Assembly (NCBI GenBank): GCA_951406725.2
Contig: OX597814.1
Coordinates: 162,316,001-162,380,000 of the forward strand
Length of the DNA: 64,000 nucleotides
Direction: 5' to 3'
Source: Octopus vulgaris
Lineage: Eukaryota
How positions within the stretch are numbered: the first letter of the stretch is position 1; each line of letters starts with the position of its first letter. Positions 48,766-64,000 of this stretch are shown here, piece by piece. The position numbers were made by a program, and so were the translations under genes. A model generated the notes under the pieces. The model saw nothing but the letters and a program-made list of their open reading frames with translations, was not told the DNA's origin and searched no databases.

Positions 48766-49549
48766 TGAGAAAGACAAATTGAGGAGACACTACATTTTTG
48801 GATCGAAGATTAGAGTGTATGATGGGAAATTTCAACAATCACGACTATTATTTCAAATGCGGTTTAGGATGTTTATATGTGCAGCTGTAGCATTTCCCTC
48901 GAGCTTTGTAGTATAGGCTTTGTAGAGGATTAGTAGTTATTGGAAATGAGGAAATGAAGACTGTTCTGGCTCTGATAAGGAAGACCAGTCTTTGAAATGC
49001 TGTATTAACTTTACCGCCGAGGATGTGAGATTTTCAGCAGATATCCTCAGTGATGGTGAAGCTCAGCATTTATGAAAATAGCAGAGGAGCCACCCTGATA
49101 TCGTACCATATCATAAAAAAACCTAACACGACTCAATGAACAATGTAGTAATAACTATTCAAAATAATGGGGTGGTCATGGCTTTACAAGAGAACAAATC
49201 GATTAGAACAAACCTGTAGTTAAGCAACAATAACAACTACAGCAGTGCCGGATTTAGGCACAGGCTAAACGAGTATACAATGTACTGGCGCCGTTGATTC
49301 GACGCTCACTTATTTGACCTCTGACATCTTACTGCTTCTCTCGTTCCGTTTCTATCTCTCTGTTTAAGCGTATGAGCATATTTCTCTTAATGTGTATGAA
49401 AAGAGGGTAAATGTTTATATAAATCATATTCAATAAATAAATTGTAATTTCTCTCTCTCTTTCTCTCGCTCTCTCCCTCTCTCTTTCTGTGTATGTATAT
49501 ATTTCTGCACGCACGCGCTTGCTTCCTGTACCAAAGAAGTACTGTCACC

Positions 49550-49685
49550 CCGTGTCCAATCAACCGCGCTAAATCTCCAGCGTCCAATCAGCTGCGGCCA
49601 ATCGCCTCACTCCGATCTAAATAAGCTACAACTTAAAGTCTCAATAAGTTATACATGTTTTCAGCTTTGGTGGGGGCCATTTAGT
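49550..49685 (+). promoter_or_regulatory. Candidate Pol II promoter: three CCAAT boxes, AT-rich box, YY1-like GCCATTT
   Basis: CCAATCA (49556, 49584) and CCAATCG (49598) in a CpG-rich patch; CTAAATAAG at 49617; GGCCATTT at ~49675. Confidence 0.6.
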
Positions 49686-50446
49686 GTATTTTTTTTAACA
49701 GGAAGCCACCAAGCTTTATAGACCTTATGGCCTCTCCGAGTCTATATTTGACAATGGATAAAAAAAGTAAACTCCAGCATTTCCTGGTTCTCCAACCAAT
49801 CATTTACGGAATAAGGCATCCAGTTATATTCTTCAACGGGATGGCGTCAATCCGTCCATTGATATCTTATCAAAACCAAAACTTAAGATATTTCCAATCT
49901 TTGTCAAACAGATTTTTAGTTTCTCACAAGGAAATAAAAAGAACCTAAAAACCCCCACTAAAAAAAAAACATCGCAATTGTTTTACTAATTTACTCATCA
50001 GTAGAAAAAGAAGGGGAACAGAACCTTCAATCGTCGAAAGCTCTGTCAGATCGGGTGAGATTGATGTAATTGACGGTCAGTCTGAACAATTGTAGATTGA
50101 TCGATGTCTGTAAGAAGTAGGGATGGGGTGGGTGGGTGGGGGTAGAAAATGTGAACAGTTTGAGAGAATTTCAGAGAACCCTGCAGCTCTGGGAAGGAAA
50201 TGATTGAGGATAGTGTTTAAGTGCACTGAACTACCCAAATCACCAGACAACATCCATGGCGGAAACACCACCATCACCAAGAAAATCACTATGACCACCA
50301 CCACCACCACCACCACCACCACCACCACCAACAGCACCACCACCACCGTCAACAACAACAACAAATAACTCATTCGTCACAGATAATGACCAGTTTCTGT
50401 CTCTAGTTTCTGGCATGTTTTCTTTTGTTCGACATTATTACACAAA

Positions 50447-50483
<37 letters not shown>

Positions 50484-51741
50484 GCAACAAGGCAAAAGAA
50501 AGAGAACTACGTGACCGCTCTTACTCATTCATATATAGTCGTTATACAAAGTTCTCTTTGCTATGATAATTAATAAAACGGTAAGAGTAACCATTACTAA
50601 AGCTACGAGGAACAATGGATTGGCAGTATCGTTAGAATATCGGAAAAAGACCCCTTGTATTTGTTCTGGCTCTTAACGTTTAAATTCCGCCAATGTCGAT
50701 TTTACCTTTTATCCCCCAATAGTCGATAAAATAAAGTACAAGGTAAGATAGTACAATCGACTAATCCTCACTTCCAAATTTCAAGTCTTTTGTCTATGTT
50801 GGAGACAGTTATTACTCTACTGGTTGCTATGGTCTTTGATCAAACAGACCTATGACCAAAAGTGTCCCCACAGCGACCATTCCGTCATTTCTTATATCTG
50901 TGACTACATTATCCCAAATAACCTGGGTAGCAACATCTATGGTCTACTATACTGAAACTAAGAAATACAGTAGTAAACAATCGGCAAGTTTTAAATCAAA
51001 GGATAAGAGAAGCAAAAATTGACGTGTGTTCAAAACCCTGGGATTTGAACTCCTGGTTATGTTAATGTTAGAAACCAACACGTTCTGGTGTTGATTTCTA
51101 AAGACACGACCATGAGTTCAAATTCTGCCGAGGTTAACTTTGTCGTTTATCCTTCTGAAGTCGATGGTATCGACTAACTCCCTCGCTCCAAAATCGCTGG
51201 CTTTGAGCCTAAATTGGTTTCGCATTTTGGCCTGTAATTTCGGAGGAAAGAGCGAGTTGACATCGACTCCAGTGCTCGACTGGTATTTATTTTATTGACC
51301 CCAAAAGGATGAAAGGCGAATTCGGTGGAATTTGAACTTAGAACGTGAAGACGACCAAAATGTTGCTAAGCCGAACCACATGGTTCCGGGTTCATTCCCA
51401 CTGCGTGGAACCTTGGGCAAGTGTCTTCTACTATTTCAGAAATAACCCAATAAGTTTGCCATTAATTCTGTAAAATATTCACAGGTCCTGCTAGTATCTA
51501 TCAATATACATATTACATTTAGATTTGTATTTATGCAATTCCTATTGTAAATGGTGAAGTATATCGTCATTGTTTACGGATTATCAACGAGTCCATCAAT
51601 AAATCTCGGGCTTTTCGGCGTTTCTCGACATCATTAATTGATGTAGCTGGTGCACCTCATAATTGGACAGCTGCTATTTAGCCTTGGCTCTCTCTCGCGG
51701 ACATGTGCACGCACACACACAACTCTGTCACACACACATAG

Positions 51742-51818
<77 letters not shown>

Positions 51819-51971
51819 AGTATATGTGTTATATATATATATATATATAATATATACACGCTAATAGCGAACAGTGAGAATGAGTGCACAACACCGTATT
51901 AGTGGTTAAATATTCCTTAATCGTAGGTTAACCAGGCTACTATTGGTTTAAGGTCAAGAGAAATCCATGAA

Positions 51972-52240
51972 CAATTATCATGACTGTACGTGGAAACGTA
52001 GGAAGTCGTTTCCACTGTAGATGAAAATACACGAAGGGACACGAGTCTGAGATTTTAAGATAAATATACAGGTCATTGGAGAGCTAATGCAAGGGAGACA
52101 AATATTAGAATTTTCTTGTGAGTTGTCTCCCATAATCTGTATATTGGTCCCAAACCCCGTATACTCTTGTGAAGTGTCGTGTATTCTCATCCAAGATAGG
52201 GACGAGAACTAACGTTTCCACATGATAGACCTGATAATTG
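51972..52240. repeat. ~270-bp imperfect palindrome (fold-back MITE-like)
   Basis: Nested complementary blocks: AATTATCA/TGATAATT, GTGGAAACGT/ACGTTTCCAC, GATGA.AATACACGA/TCGTGTATT.TCATC, ATATACAG/CTGTATAT, GGGAGACAA/TTGTCTCCC. Confidence 0.85.
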
Positions 52241-54927
52241 CTGAAAGATTTCCCTCGGCATAGAACCGATTGTAGCCTTGTTAAGCTACAGTTGATATAT
52301 AAATGAAATATATATACGAAATTATTGGCCCCTGAGTCAATTTGTCACTTTTGCTGGGAAAGAGGTAAGTTTTGGCGAAAGGATTAGCATCCAGCCGCAG
52401 GAAATCAGCGTCAACAAATTTTGTCTGACCCATACAAAAATGGAAAAGTGGATGTTAAGTTATCTTAATATACAGACACACATACATATGATTAAATGTG
52501 TGTCTGTATACATACGAACACATATGCGTATAGGATGTATATACATACATACGAACACCCCAATCACACACAAAATAGTTAAAATGCGACACAGGAGGAC
52601 GACAAAGGAACACGTAGAAAAACAGGGAAAACACACAATAGACACAGACACACTTACATCCTCCTTATCGTTCAAATATCATCACAATTTCGACAGCAGA
52701 AGCAGTGCCCATGTCCTTCGCAGAGCTTCGTAGACAAGTGAGATTAATGCTCCTATTGAATCTTCGCATGCCATCACCGGCGGGAAAAACATGAGCAAGG
52801 GGAGAACATCAGAGACGTGACATTCTGGGCGGTAGGTAGGGATTAATGCGAACCTATACGGCTGGATACAAGGGTGATGAGAAGAAAACACAAAAGTGCT
52901 TTAGGAAATACCGAGTGGCGGTGGCATGAACTCTAGCAGCTCCAAGGTGTGGATGAAATTGTAATAACGGTAGATAAAGTAGATAGAGGAGTCGTCGCAC
53001 CTGGGGCATAGCTGAGAATGAGTTTATTGTGAGCTCTTGGATGGTCTGCGTTTAGACGCAGTCTACGATGTCTGTGTGTGCAGTCAGCAGCAGCAACGGT
53101 AGCGGCAGTAGCAGCAGTGGAGGAGGCAACAGCAGCATCTCCATTTCGGATGTGAGAACACTACTCTCCTATGAATCTCTCGTGAGTTCTTTGTTGAGAG
53201 CTGAAGAGCTTTCCAGTTCGTTGGGATGCAGTCCTAGGTGTGTTAACGATGTTCTTTCTGTAGGAGAGATCCTTAGTGATACTGGGGCCCAACATTGGGC
53301 GCGACTGTGAGGGATATAGGTGCGTGCTGCTGATGTTTAGGGGTTGAGGTACAATGTCGTTTTATTGAACTGGATAGGTTTTGGGTTTTGCATTTGAAAG
53401 AGAGAATATTGGCAAGACCCCCATTTGGCACTGATCGACAGTAGATTAAATTGATCCTAGTACCTCATTGGTTCTTCAGTTTATCAACTCTAGAAGGTTG
53501 AAAGGCAAAACTGAGTCCGGCAAGATTTGAACTCACAACGTAAAAAGCCGAAACAAATACTGCAAGACTTTTTGTCCGACTCTCTACTGATTCGGCTAAT
53601 CCACGTTCCTACAACAATAGTCTGTAATTTAGACACAAGGAAAGATATTAATTGATAAACATCGACCCCATTACTTGATCGGTATTTAATTTTATAGCGT
53701 AAAAAGTCGCAATGCATTTTGTTCGGCTCTAATGATTCTTCCAACTCACTGATAATGAAGTAAACTCAAGGATCCGAAGAAACAAATTGTTGTTTGAATC
53801 GACAATTAATGAGAATAAACGGTTTCAATCCTCTCTAATATATCACTGGTACTTATCGATACATATATGAATGCGTGCGCGTGCGTGTGTGTATATGTAA
53901 GTCTTTCCTTCTTTATATCTATTAGAATTCTTTCTCGAATGAAGGAACTGGTTTCTAACAGAAACGGAGGCTTCATCATTTGAATCCAGATAACAATAAC
54001 GATGACTGTTACATATCGAACTTTAAATAAGTCTCGCATATTTTTACTGCTCCGCTAATGACAGATTGTATCTGTAAAGTTCGCGTTAGTCTGTCTGTTT
54101 CCTTGCCCGAAAATCCTTGTTGTGGCTTAGGTATTTAGTAACATAACCTATTTCTATTTCCGAAAGAACAAAACACAAAACACACACATTCGATGAGTTT
54201 CTTTCAGTTTCCTCCAACCACATCCATTCATAAGGCTTTGGTCGTCCCGGGGGCTTATAGTAGAAAACACTTGAGCAAAGCGCTGCGCAGTGAGACTGTA
54301 CTTGGAACCATGTAGTTGGGAGGCAAATGTCTTATCATGCAGCTACAACGGCGCCTATAAACTCGACTCGAGTCACCATGCGGAAACCCGGGATTGAACG
54401 TTTTCCCAACTGAGCTATTGTACTTATTGAATTTGATTCTTTCCATCACTTTGTTTTCCTTCTTTTGCTTAGTTGTCTTGGTACTAAGTGAAATGACGTC
54501 TAAATTGTTGTCCACGTGATATATAAATAGCCTCAATGAAATAGAGGAAGGAAAACGAAAGTGGAATTATGAAAACAGAAAGGAAAAGAAAGCGCGTTCA
54601 TTATTGATGACCGGTTGTGATGGCTATGGTGGTGGAAGGGAGAAAAGGACGGAAATGACTAACTTAAATGAATAACTGAGTAAATAAATAAATGAAAATA
54701 ATAAAATAAAATAAATAGATGACCATACGAATGAATCTACCTATCGACCTTACACCTATCTCATTCAACTCTTCTTCACACACACATACACACTTCTTCA
54801 CAACATCCTACTTTCACTTTCTCGGTCTTCCTCCATTCTCTTTACCTTCATCTTCTATTTATAGCTCTGCCCCTCCCACCACTCTACTTAACACATACAC
54901 ACACATCAATTTCTCACAACCTATCCT

Positions 54928-54992
<65 letters not shown>

Positions 54993-55092
54993 CTAAATCT
55001 TGGTTACTCTTTTAGCCTGGCTACACTGAAACGTTATTGATTTCACTGCTTCAGTATTTGTTATACCGAAAAACACCAGTCAACAATAGACA

Positions 55093-55152
<60 letters not shown>

Positions 55153-55450
55153 AACTAATTAATGATGTTTCTGAAGGATGGATTAGAAACAGCAAGAGCA
55201 CAAGTCTCTTTAGTCGTTACTTACTTTCAATTCTATTTTGTTCAGTTAATCTTTTCTAGTGAAAACAGATTTTGTGTGTGCGTGTGTGTGTGTGTGTGAT
55301 CATGTGTAAGAAGTGGTTGTTGTTGTTGTTTAGGGTAAAATGAGAAATCCGAGGGGAAACTGGCGATGGCCTGTATCAGCGATAAGCTTTCATGACCGTA
55401 AATGGTGAGGAGTTATTAGTTTCCAGATCATGCCATTCGTGTGCTTTAAG

Positions 55451-55486
<36 letters not shown>

Positions 55487-57663
55487 AGAGGGAAAGGCAT
55501 GGGGAAGAGAGCGGGGAGAGAGAAGTGCTGTCGTTTTGACTGTAAGCTACTAAAATGGCTGAGTTTAGCCTCGGGTCAGGCTTCGACTGAGCACACGTGT
55601 GAACGATGAAAGACGTTCCAACTTTAATCACCTTGTTTCTGAATGTCTACGTAAGATTGCGTTACCTATGTGTCCTTCCTTTTTCTAGAAAGACAAAAGG
55701 TTGTGATCTAAGAGATATTTGGCTGTCATTTCTAGCAGAGTGAGAAACCACATACGGGTTCTCTCATAGCTTGTAGAGCATGGTAGCCTTTGAAACTTTG
55801 CTCAGATTACAATACCCTGCAAGATAACTGTTTTGTTTTTGGATGAAATACAAATTATCCTCATTCCTAAGATTAAACATTAGCATAAATCGTAAGTCTA
55901 ACTTCGAACTTGAAACTAGCAATATAAATAAGGTGGTTATATAGAGTGTTAGTATATAATTATTTTGCTATGGAAAATCTAATTGACAATAAAATAATAT
56001 TACATATTAAATAGGCTTCGAGTTTGAAGGAAAGAATATTCAAAATACCATTCAATGCAGAAAGGGAGCACAACGTTCTATAAACCTCATTGTCTTTCAT
56101 ACAAGTGATTGTGTATAACGAGTGCGCACATACAAATGAGTCTGTACGTTGTGTGCATTTATACAAGTGGATCCGTGATGTATACATCTATAAATATGAG
56201 AGCGAGTGGTTATATCATTATCTGTTATGATGTGTTTATTTTATGAAAGATAAGATGTGCTGTACGTAAGTAGTTCGTAGTAGAAAGTTCTTATTACAGG
56301 AGTAGCAACTGCGAAAAATGCTTTGCAGTATTTATATTATTTTTACTTTCGGAGTTCAGAAGACTTGAGGGTTACTTTATTTATTTATTTTATTTATATA
56401 TTCTTGCTGGGTCAGGTAGAAAGAGATCGTGCTCGTGACTTTCGCAGGCCTTCCATAACCGATAAGACTGATACCATTTATGTTTCTCTAGAACTAATGC
56501 AAGTCAACACCTGCGGAAAAGATACGATCAGGTAGAGAATCATAGGGAAGCGACATTCTAGAAACGTCATCTCATCTCACGTCTATAAAATAAGTATCCG
56601 TCAATCCAATTTCCAGACGAGCAACATTCTAGGATGGAAGGAGGTAGGAAAAAAAATGGACGAAAGGATAGGAGATGTAGCACTTACTTAAACTCTTCGC
56701 TCCCTACGAAACATAAGCTGCCGACGACTTTTCTCCGCTGTTTTCAACTCTCGGGTGTCTTTTCAGCTTCTCACCAGTTCGATTCCTTGCTTCATCAGCA
56801 CTGCCTATGAAGAACTTTCCCTCCCAGGTCTTGTTGGTTTTGAGTTATCATTTATGCTTCTGTAAGCTTTGCTGTTTTCTAGGTGTGTTGGTCCTCTGGA
56901 AAGAAGTAGACCATATTTGTCTGGCCTTCATCTTTTAACCTATCTAGCAGGGGGAGTGCTCTACTTAGAGTTTTCTCTGCTGGCGTAGCTCTTGGAGTCA
57001 TTGGCGCACATAAGACACCATACCGCAAGAAGTACGGGACCCTGTTGTAAAATGGGTGTAGTAATTAGTACAGAAGTTTTTGATGTGTTTGGTCACAACA
57101 AGGGTGATGAAAGAGCGGAGACGAGTAGTCCGGAAAGCTTGAGTAGAAGTGCCATGAGCCTCCCTTCCATCAGGCGGTAGAAAAAGCAGTAGAAAAGACA
57201 GACGGAAGAGACAGTACAATTGCAGACCAGACGTTGGATCTAATGAATCAGGCTGCTCTTTTCAGCAAGCCGTGCAGAGTGTGTTCTTTACTTCCATGGG
57301 TCTATCTAAAAAGGACCCATCTTATACTTGGGTTAATCCAATAAATCTACTTTCTCTCGCACAAATTCATGGCTTATGATAAATACAGCAACTGAAATTG
57401 AGCTGTGAAAGGATTTAAAAGGTTCCAGCACAAGACATTTGGTCTCTGGTCAAGCTTTCGTCAAGTATAACTCTAATTCTTCTAAGTGTTACTGTTTTTG
57501 AATTTTTGTTAAGGCATTGCCCCGCGCGCTCAATCCGAGACGTCGAAAGCAATAACAAAATTTTTCTAGCATCCTTGCAAATACACAATTTATTGACAAA
57601 TTTTATTCAAAACATTCCATTTTGGTAATTTTATTTCAAAATTCTAAAAGCATCCGCAAGGAA

Positions 57664-59760
<2,097 letters not shown>

Positions 59761-60186
59761 TTCACTCTCTGTGAGTCAGAGTATGCATGTGTATGACTAT
59801 ATATTAAGACCAATACCACAATCGCAATGCGGTCTTTTATAACTGTTGCATTTTGCCCCAACATCGTATTATTTCTGTAAAGGAATTTAAAAAAGAAAAA
59901 AAGATCACATTTTATCAACCTATATATATATACATACGCATAGACACACACAGACATATTCTCCCTCCCCCCCCCCCACACACATATCGACAAAATTATT
60001 CTGAAACTGCAAATAAGGTTGCTTTTTCATCTTTTATTTAAACATATGTTCATATTTTATGCTACAGATATAATTACTCTCACATCTAAATTGAAAATAT
60101 TTTGGAAACCTAAACTTCAACAATTCTACAATTCTGCACTTAGCTAACTATATGCCTAGGTGATTGTGTATGTATCTATCTATCTT

Positions 60187-60217
<31 letters not shown>

Positions 60218-60546
60218 ATATGTGTGTGTGTGTGTGGGTGTGTGTGTATGTATATACATACACACACACGTTTCTCTGTTCACGCACACACAAAGTGTGC
60301 TTAATGATATTCAGGCTTGGTTAGAATCTATTATTCTGACGAGATCACCTAGAGCGAAACACATGTCCATAATTGCCCTTTGCTTGCGAAAAGTTCCAGG
60401 CCGTCCCTTTCCTAAGTTTGTTGATTAACTTTAAAAATTTCTAAATTTATTGAAAATATCTACCTTCTTCTGTAAGTTAACTTTAGTTCACATCAATCGC
60501 TACTTTTTTTTCACATGCATACGTACATACATATGATACACACAAA

Positions 60547-60613
<67 letters not shown>

Positions 60614-61084
60614 ATGAGTATGTATGTGTGTGCCTTTATGTATGCATGTATGTATGCATATATGGATACACGTGCGCACACACACACAATCACACACACT
60701 CTCTCACATACACACACACTTAGATAGCTAAGTGCATCTATGCATCTATATCTATATTCAATGCTGTTTTGTTGTGCTAGTTGATATTGTTAATAGTTTT
60801 AAAGTTCCGTTAAAATAAATGCATACAACAGTGTTTGATATTTGGAAATTTTCTTTAAAAGACGGAAAGGAAATGCAACCACGTGACATTTTCTTTTAAG
60901 TATATTCATTATTTTATTTTTTTAAAAATGTATTTCGATCATATTTTCCAACTACGTGAACAATCAGCCTCTTTGAATTAGTGTAAAAGTGGCAGAGTAT
61001 TCTGTAGACATGTGTGTCCTTAACCAAGTTCTCAGGAGGAAATCAGCATGACATAGTATACCAAGACTGGATCTTTGAATTACA

Positions 61085-61317
61085 GGCGGCGAGCTGGCAG
61101 AATCGTTAGCACGCCGGGCGAAATGCTTAGCGGTATTTCGTCTGCCGCTACGTTGTGAGTTCAAATTCCGCCGAGGTCGACTTTGCCTTTCATCCTTTCG
61201 GGTTCTATAAATTAAGTACCAGTTACGCACTGGGGTCGATGTAATCGACTTAATCCGTTTGTCTGTCCTTGATTGTCCCCTCTATGTTTAGCCCCTTGTG
61301 GGTAATAAAGAAATAGG
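61085..61317 (+). mobile_element. SINE family A, full length
   Basis: High identity to 44180-44413. Confidence 0.93.
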
Positions 61318-61516
61318 TATAACCCATCCGACGGGCTTTCATGTAGTTTCCGCCTACCCAGTTTCACCAGATTCACTCAGAAAGTATGTGTCAACCTGAG
61401 ACTATCAAGTACTGGCATTCCATCGGTTGCGACGACGAGGGTTCCAGTTGACCCAATCAACGAAACAACCTGCTCGTGAAATTAATGTGTAAGTGGCTAA
61501 TACTCCACAGACATAC

Positions 61517-61613
61517 GTAGCTCTCAGGTAGATTCATTAATGTAGCTCTCAGGTAGATTCATTAATGTAGCTCTCAGGTAGATTCATTAATGTAGCTCTC
61601 AGGTAGATTCATT
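61517..61613. repeat. 25-bp perfect tandem repeat, ~4 copies, inside a family D SINE
   Basis: GTAGCTCTCAGGTAGATTCATTAAT head-to-tail, no spacers. Confidence 0.95.
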
Positions 61614-62320
61614 GTTCCACAGAATGGTACAAAGTTGAAAGGTACTATCCATCTTTGCCAGCTGAGTGGTCTGGAGCAACGTGAAATAAAGTGTTTTGCT
61701 CAAGAACATAACGCACCGTTAGGGATAGAACTCGCGACCTTATGACCTTATGATCGTGAATACCCTAACCAATTAGCCTCACGCCAACACCTAGCCAGAG
61801 ACTACATATACTAAAAATACTTGCCTAAGTAAAAAAAAAAAACACTTGCCTGTAGCTACAGAACAGTAAGAAAGTTTATTTACCTTGAACTTTTCATGTA
61901 ATGCTTCAATGTCATCTTGTGATTGAAAAGCGAACAACTTTACCATTTGGCAATACGACGTCTATCTCTAATGTATATTTACAACTAAAAGATTTGATGG
62001 ATTGATAACATCTGCAGAATGTGAGAGAAAATGTTTTGCAGTATCTAGTTATAGCCCTTTACGTTCTATGTTCAAATTCCACCGATTTTAAATTTTTCTT
62101 TACACACTTACAAGATCGAAGAAGTTAAGTACCGATGTTATTTTTATCAACAATATTCTAAATTTGTGGCACTGTGCCAATGTGAGAATTCTATAAATGA
62201 AAAAGTATATTGGATGAATAAATAGAACAGAGGACAAGAATTGTCTCTTGAACTTTTTAGTAACGTTCATTTATCAGGTTGTATAGAAAGCTCTGTCCGA
62301 TTTTTAATACTTAAGAGTAA

Positions 62321-62715
62321 GGCGGCGAGCTGGCAGAAATGTTAGCACGCCGGGCGAAATGCGTAGCCGTATTTCGTCTGCCGCTACGTTCTGAGTTCAA
62401 ATTTCGCCGAGGTCGACTTTGCCTTTCATCCTTTCGGAGTCGATTAAATAAGTACCAGTTACGCACTGGGTCAATATAATCGACTTAATCCGTTTGTCTG
62501 TCCTTGTTTGTCCTCTCTGTGTTTAGCCCCTTGAGGGTAGTAAAGCAATATGTATTTTGTCTGTCTTAACGTTCTGAGTTCAAATTCTGCCGAGACCAAC
62601 TTTGCTTTTCATTCTTTCGGGGTCGATGAATTAAGTATCAGTTGCGTACTGGGGTTGATCTAATCGACTGCCCCACCCCCCCAAAATTTTGGGCCTCGTG
62701 CCTATAGTAGAAAAG
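62321..62715 (+). mobile_element. SINE family A, full copy followed by a second partial monomer
   Basis: Two consecutive GTTCTGAGTTCAAATT..GGGGTCGAT..AAGTA.CAGTT modules. Confidence 0.9.
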
Positions 62716-62741
62716 AATATTTATTTAAGAGTAGAAACATA

Positions 62742-63898
62742 TTTAATACTGTAAATAATATTTTATAATTTCTCTCTCAGTTATTTGAAAGTTTTTGAAT
62801 GCCTAATCTGAAAACGCCTTGCGTTTTGAATTAAAGTATACATTTAAATCATTTTTTTACTTCTTCCCTGTCGGTCACATATTCCTGTTTGGACTACTTT
62901 GCAAAGATCTGAATAAGTGAATGTCTGATGGAGCAAGATCTGGAGAACATGAAGGGTGTAACACAGTTATTGGTAAACTGCGGTCTGCAGGACTTTCTGA
63001 ACGAGAATATTCCTAGAATGGTTTTGGGTAGTGCAGCCTACCTGATGATGAACCATATCTCACACGGCCCGCTTCTCGAAAGAGCTTATCCATTCCTGGT
63101 GTGGCATTTTCCTTTCATCCTAACAATTCCGGGACACCTTTAGTGAATTATGTGACGTCAAATATTATTATCATAAAAAGAACTCACTGTGATTTATTAA
63201 TGCAGGACGATTTTCTATCCAAAGCAATCTTCAGACAATGAAATTGCTGACAGTAGACTTCAGAAGTGATTGTTTGATTCGGTCCTAAAAGGTTATTATG
63301 AATAATACCGTCCATATCTTGCCAAACATACAAGAAATTGATTTGAGGACCAAGACCCTCTAGTGGAGGTAGTAAAGATTTTTGATTTGGGCTTATCTAC
63401 TGTCTACAGTGTTTAATATTGATGTAACGAATTCACTGCTCACCTTCAGTCACAATCCAATTTGCAAAATAGCACTTGAAGGTTATGTGTATGAGGGGAT
63501 ATACGGAAGTCAAACCATTGTTGTTAATTTGCTGCTAAAAGCGCATTGAGGAACCAATTTCCTTTATTTTGAAATTTCCCTAGCTTCATTTAATCATGAA
63601 TGTTCACAATGCTTACATTAAATTCAATGGAAAGGTCTCTTACTATTACTACAGGATTCCTTATAAATGTTGTCTCTAACATTTCATCATCCAATTCGGC
63701 AGGACATCCTGACCTATTCTCATCAAGCAAACTGAAATTGTCACGTCTGAATTTTTCAAATCGCCTTCTGCAAGTTCTTTCATTCACTGCATCATGACGA
63801 TAAGCATTTTGAATATTTTTGGTTGCTTCGCTTTCATTATAACTTAGATGATACGCTTAAAACATGGTGTGACAAATATGCTCTTTGGTTGGTTCCAT
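62742..63898 (-). pseudogene. Mariner (DD34D-type) transposase pseudogene
   Basis: MEPTKEHI..DAVNERTCRRRFEKFRRDNFSLLDENRSGCP..VWQDMDGIIH..NQTITSEVYCQQ..LHPSCSPDLAPSDIHLFRSLQ (YSPDLAPSD motif); many stops and frameshifts; ~150-bp insertion near 62985-63140. Confidence 0.9.
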
Positions 63899-64000
63899 GC
63901 TGTGTTGTTCATGAGAAAATTAATATACAATATATACAATATGTAATTAAGGTGGTGCTTCAGTATGGCTGCAGCCAAAATTACAGAATCAAGTAAAAGT

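Noticed and set aside
61517-61613. CRISPR-like array (also the 14-bp repeats at 40718 and 24-bp repeats at 10056)
   Set aside because: Head-to-tail repeats with no unique spacers, no cas genes, eukaryotic context

Overview
AT-rich, repeat-saturated eukaryotic DNA. The SINE families, microsatellite load and U2 sequence suggest a mollusc, most likely an octopus; this is inferred from sequence character only. No host protein-coding gene could be identified with confidence, and almost all ORF-track entries are microsatellite or SINE artefacts. Well-supported features: (i) the 5' part of an apparently intact CR1-group LINE on the minus strand (1-~2720), whose ORF1 combines a Myb/SANT-like trihelix domain, polyQ and two CCCH zinc fingers, and whose overlapping ORF2 (APE endonuclease) runs off the window; (ii) a full-length U2 snRNA gene (minus, ~46265-46455) with variant Sm and stem-loop IV sites, closely bracketed by three copies of a non-autonomous Helitron and two MITEs; (iii) a ~1 kb fold-back element (42711-43695) with a complete type I hammerhead ribozyme in its loop, plus degenerate Penelope-type hammerhead relics elsewhere; (iv) decayed mariner, maT/Tc1, MULE, hAT, piggyBac-like, RTE, R4/Dong and CR1 fragments and many SINEs. 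A visible switch from CpG-poor to CpG-retaining DNA near 34.4 kb, next to a perfect 18-bp hairpin and a splice donor, suggests a minus-strand gene starting near 35.1 kb. A triple-CCAAT promoter candidate lies at ~49.6 kb.
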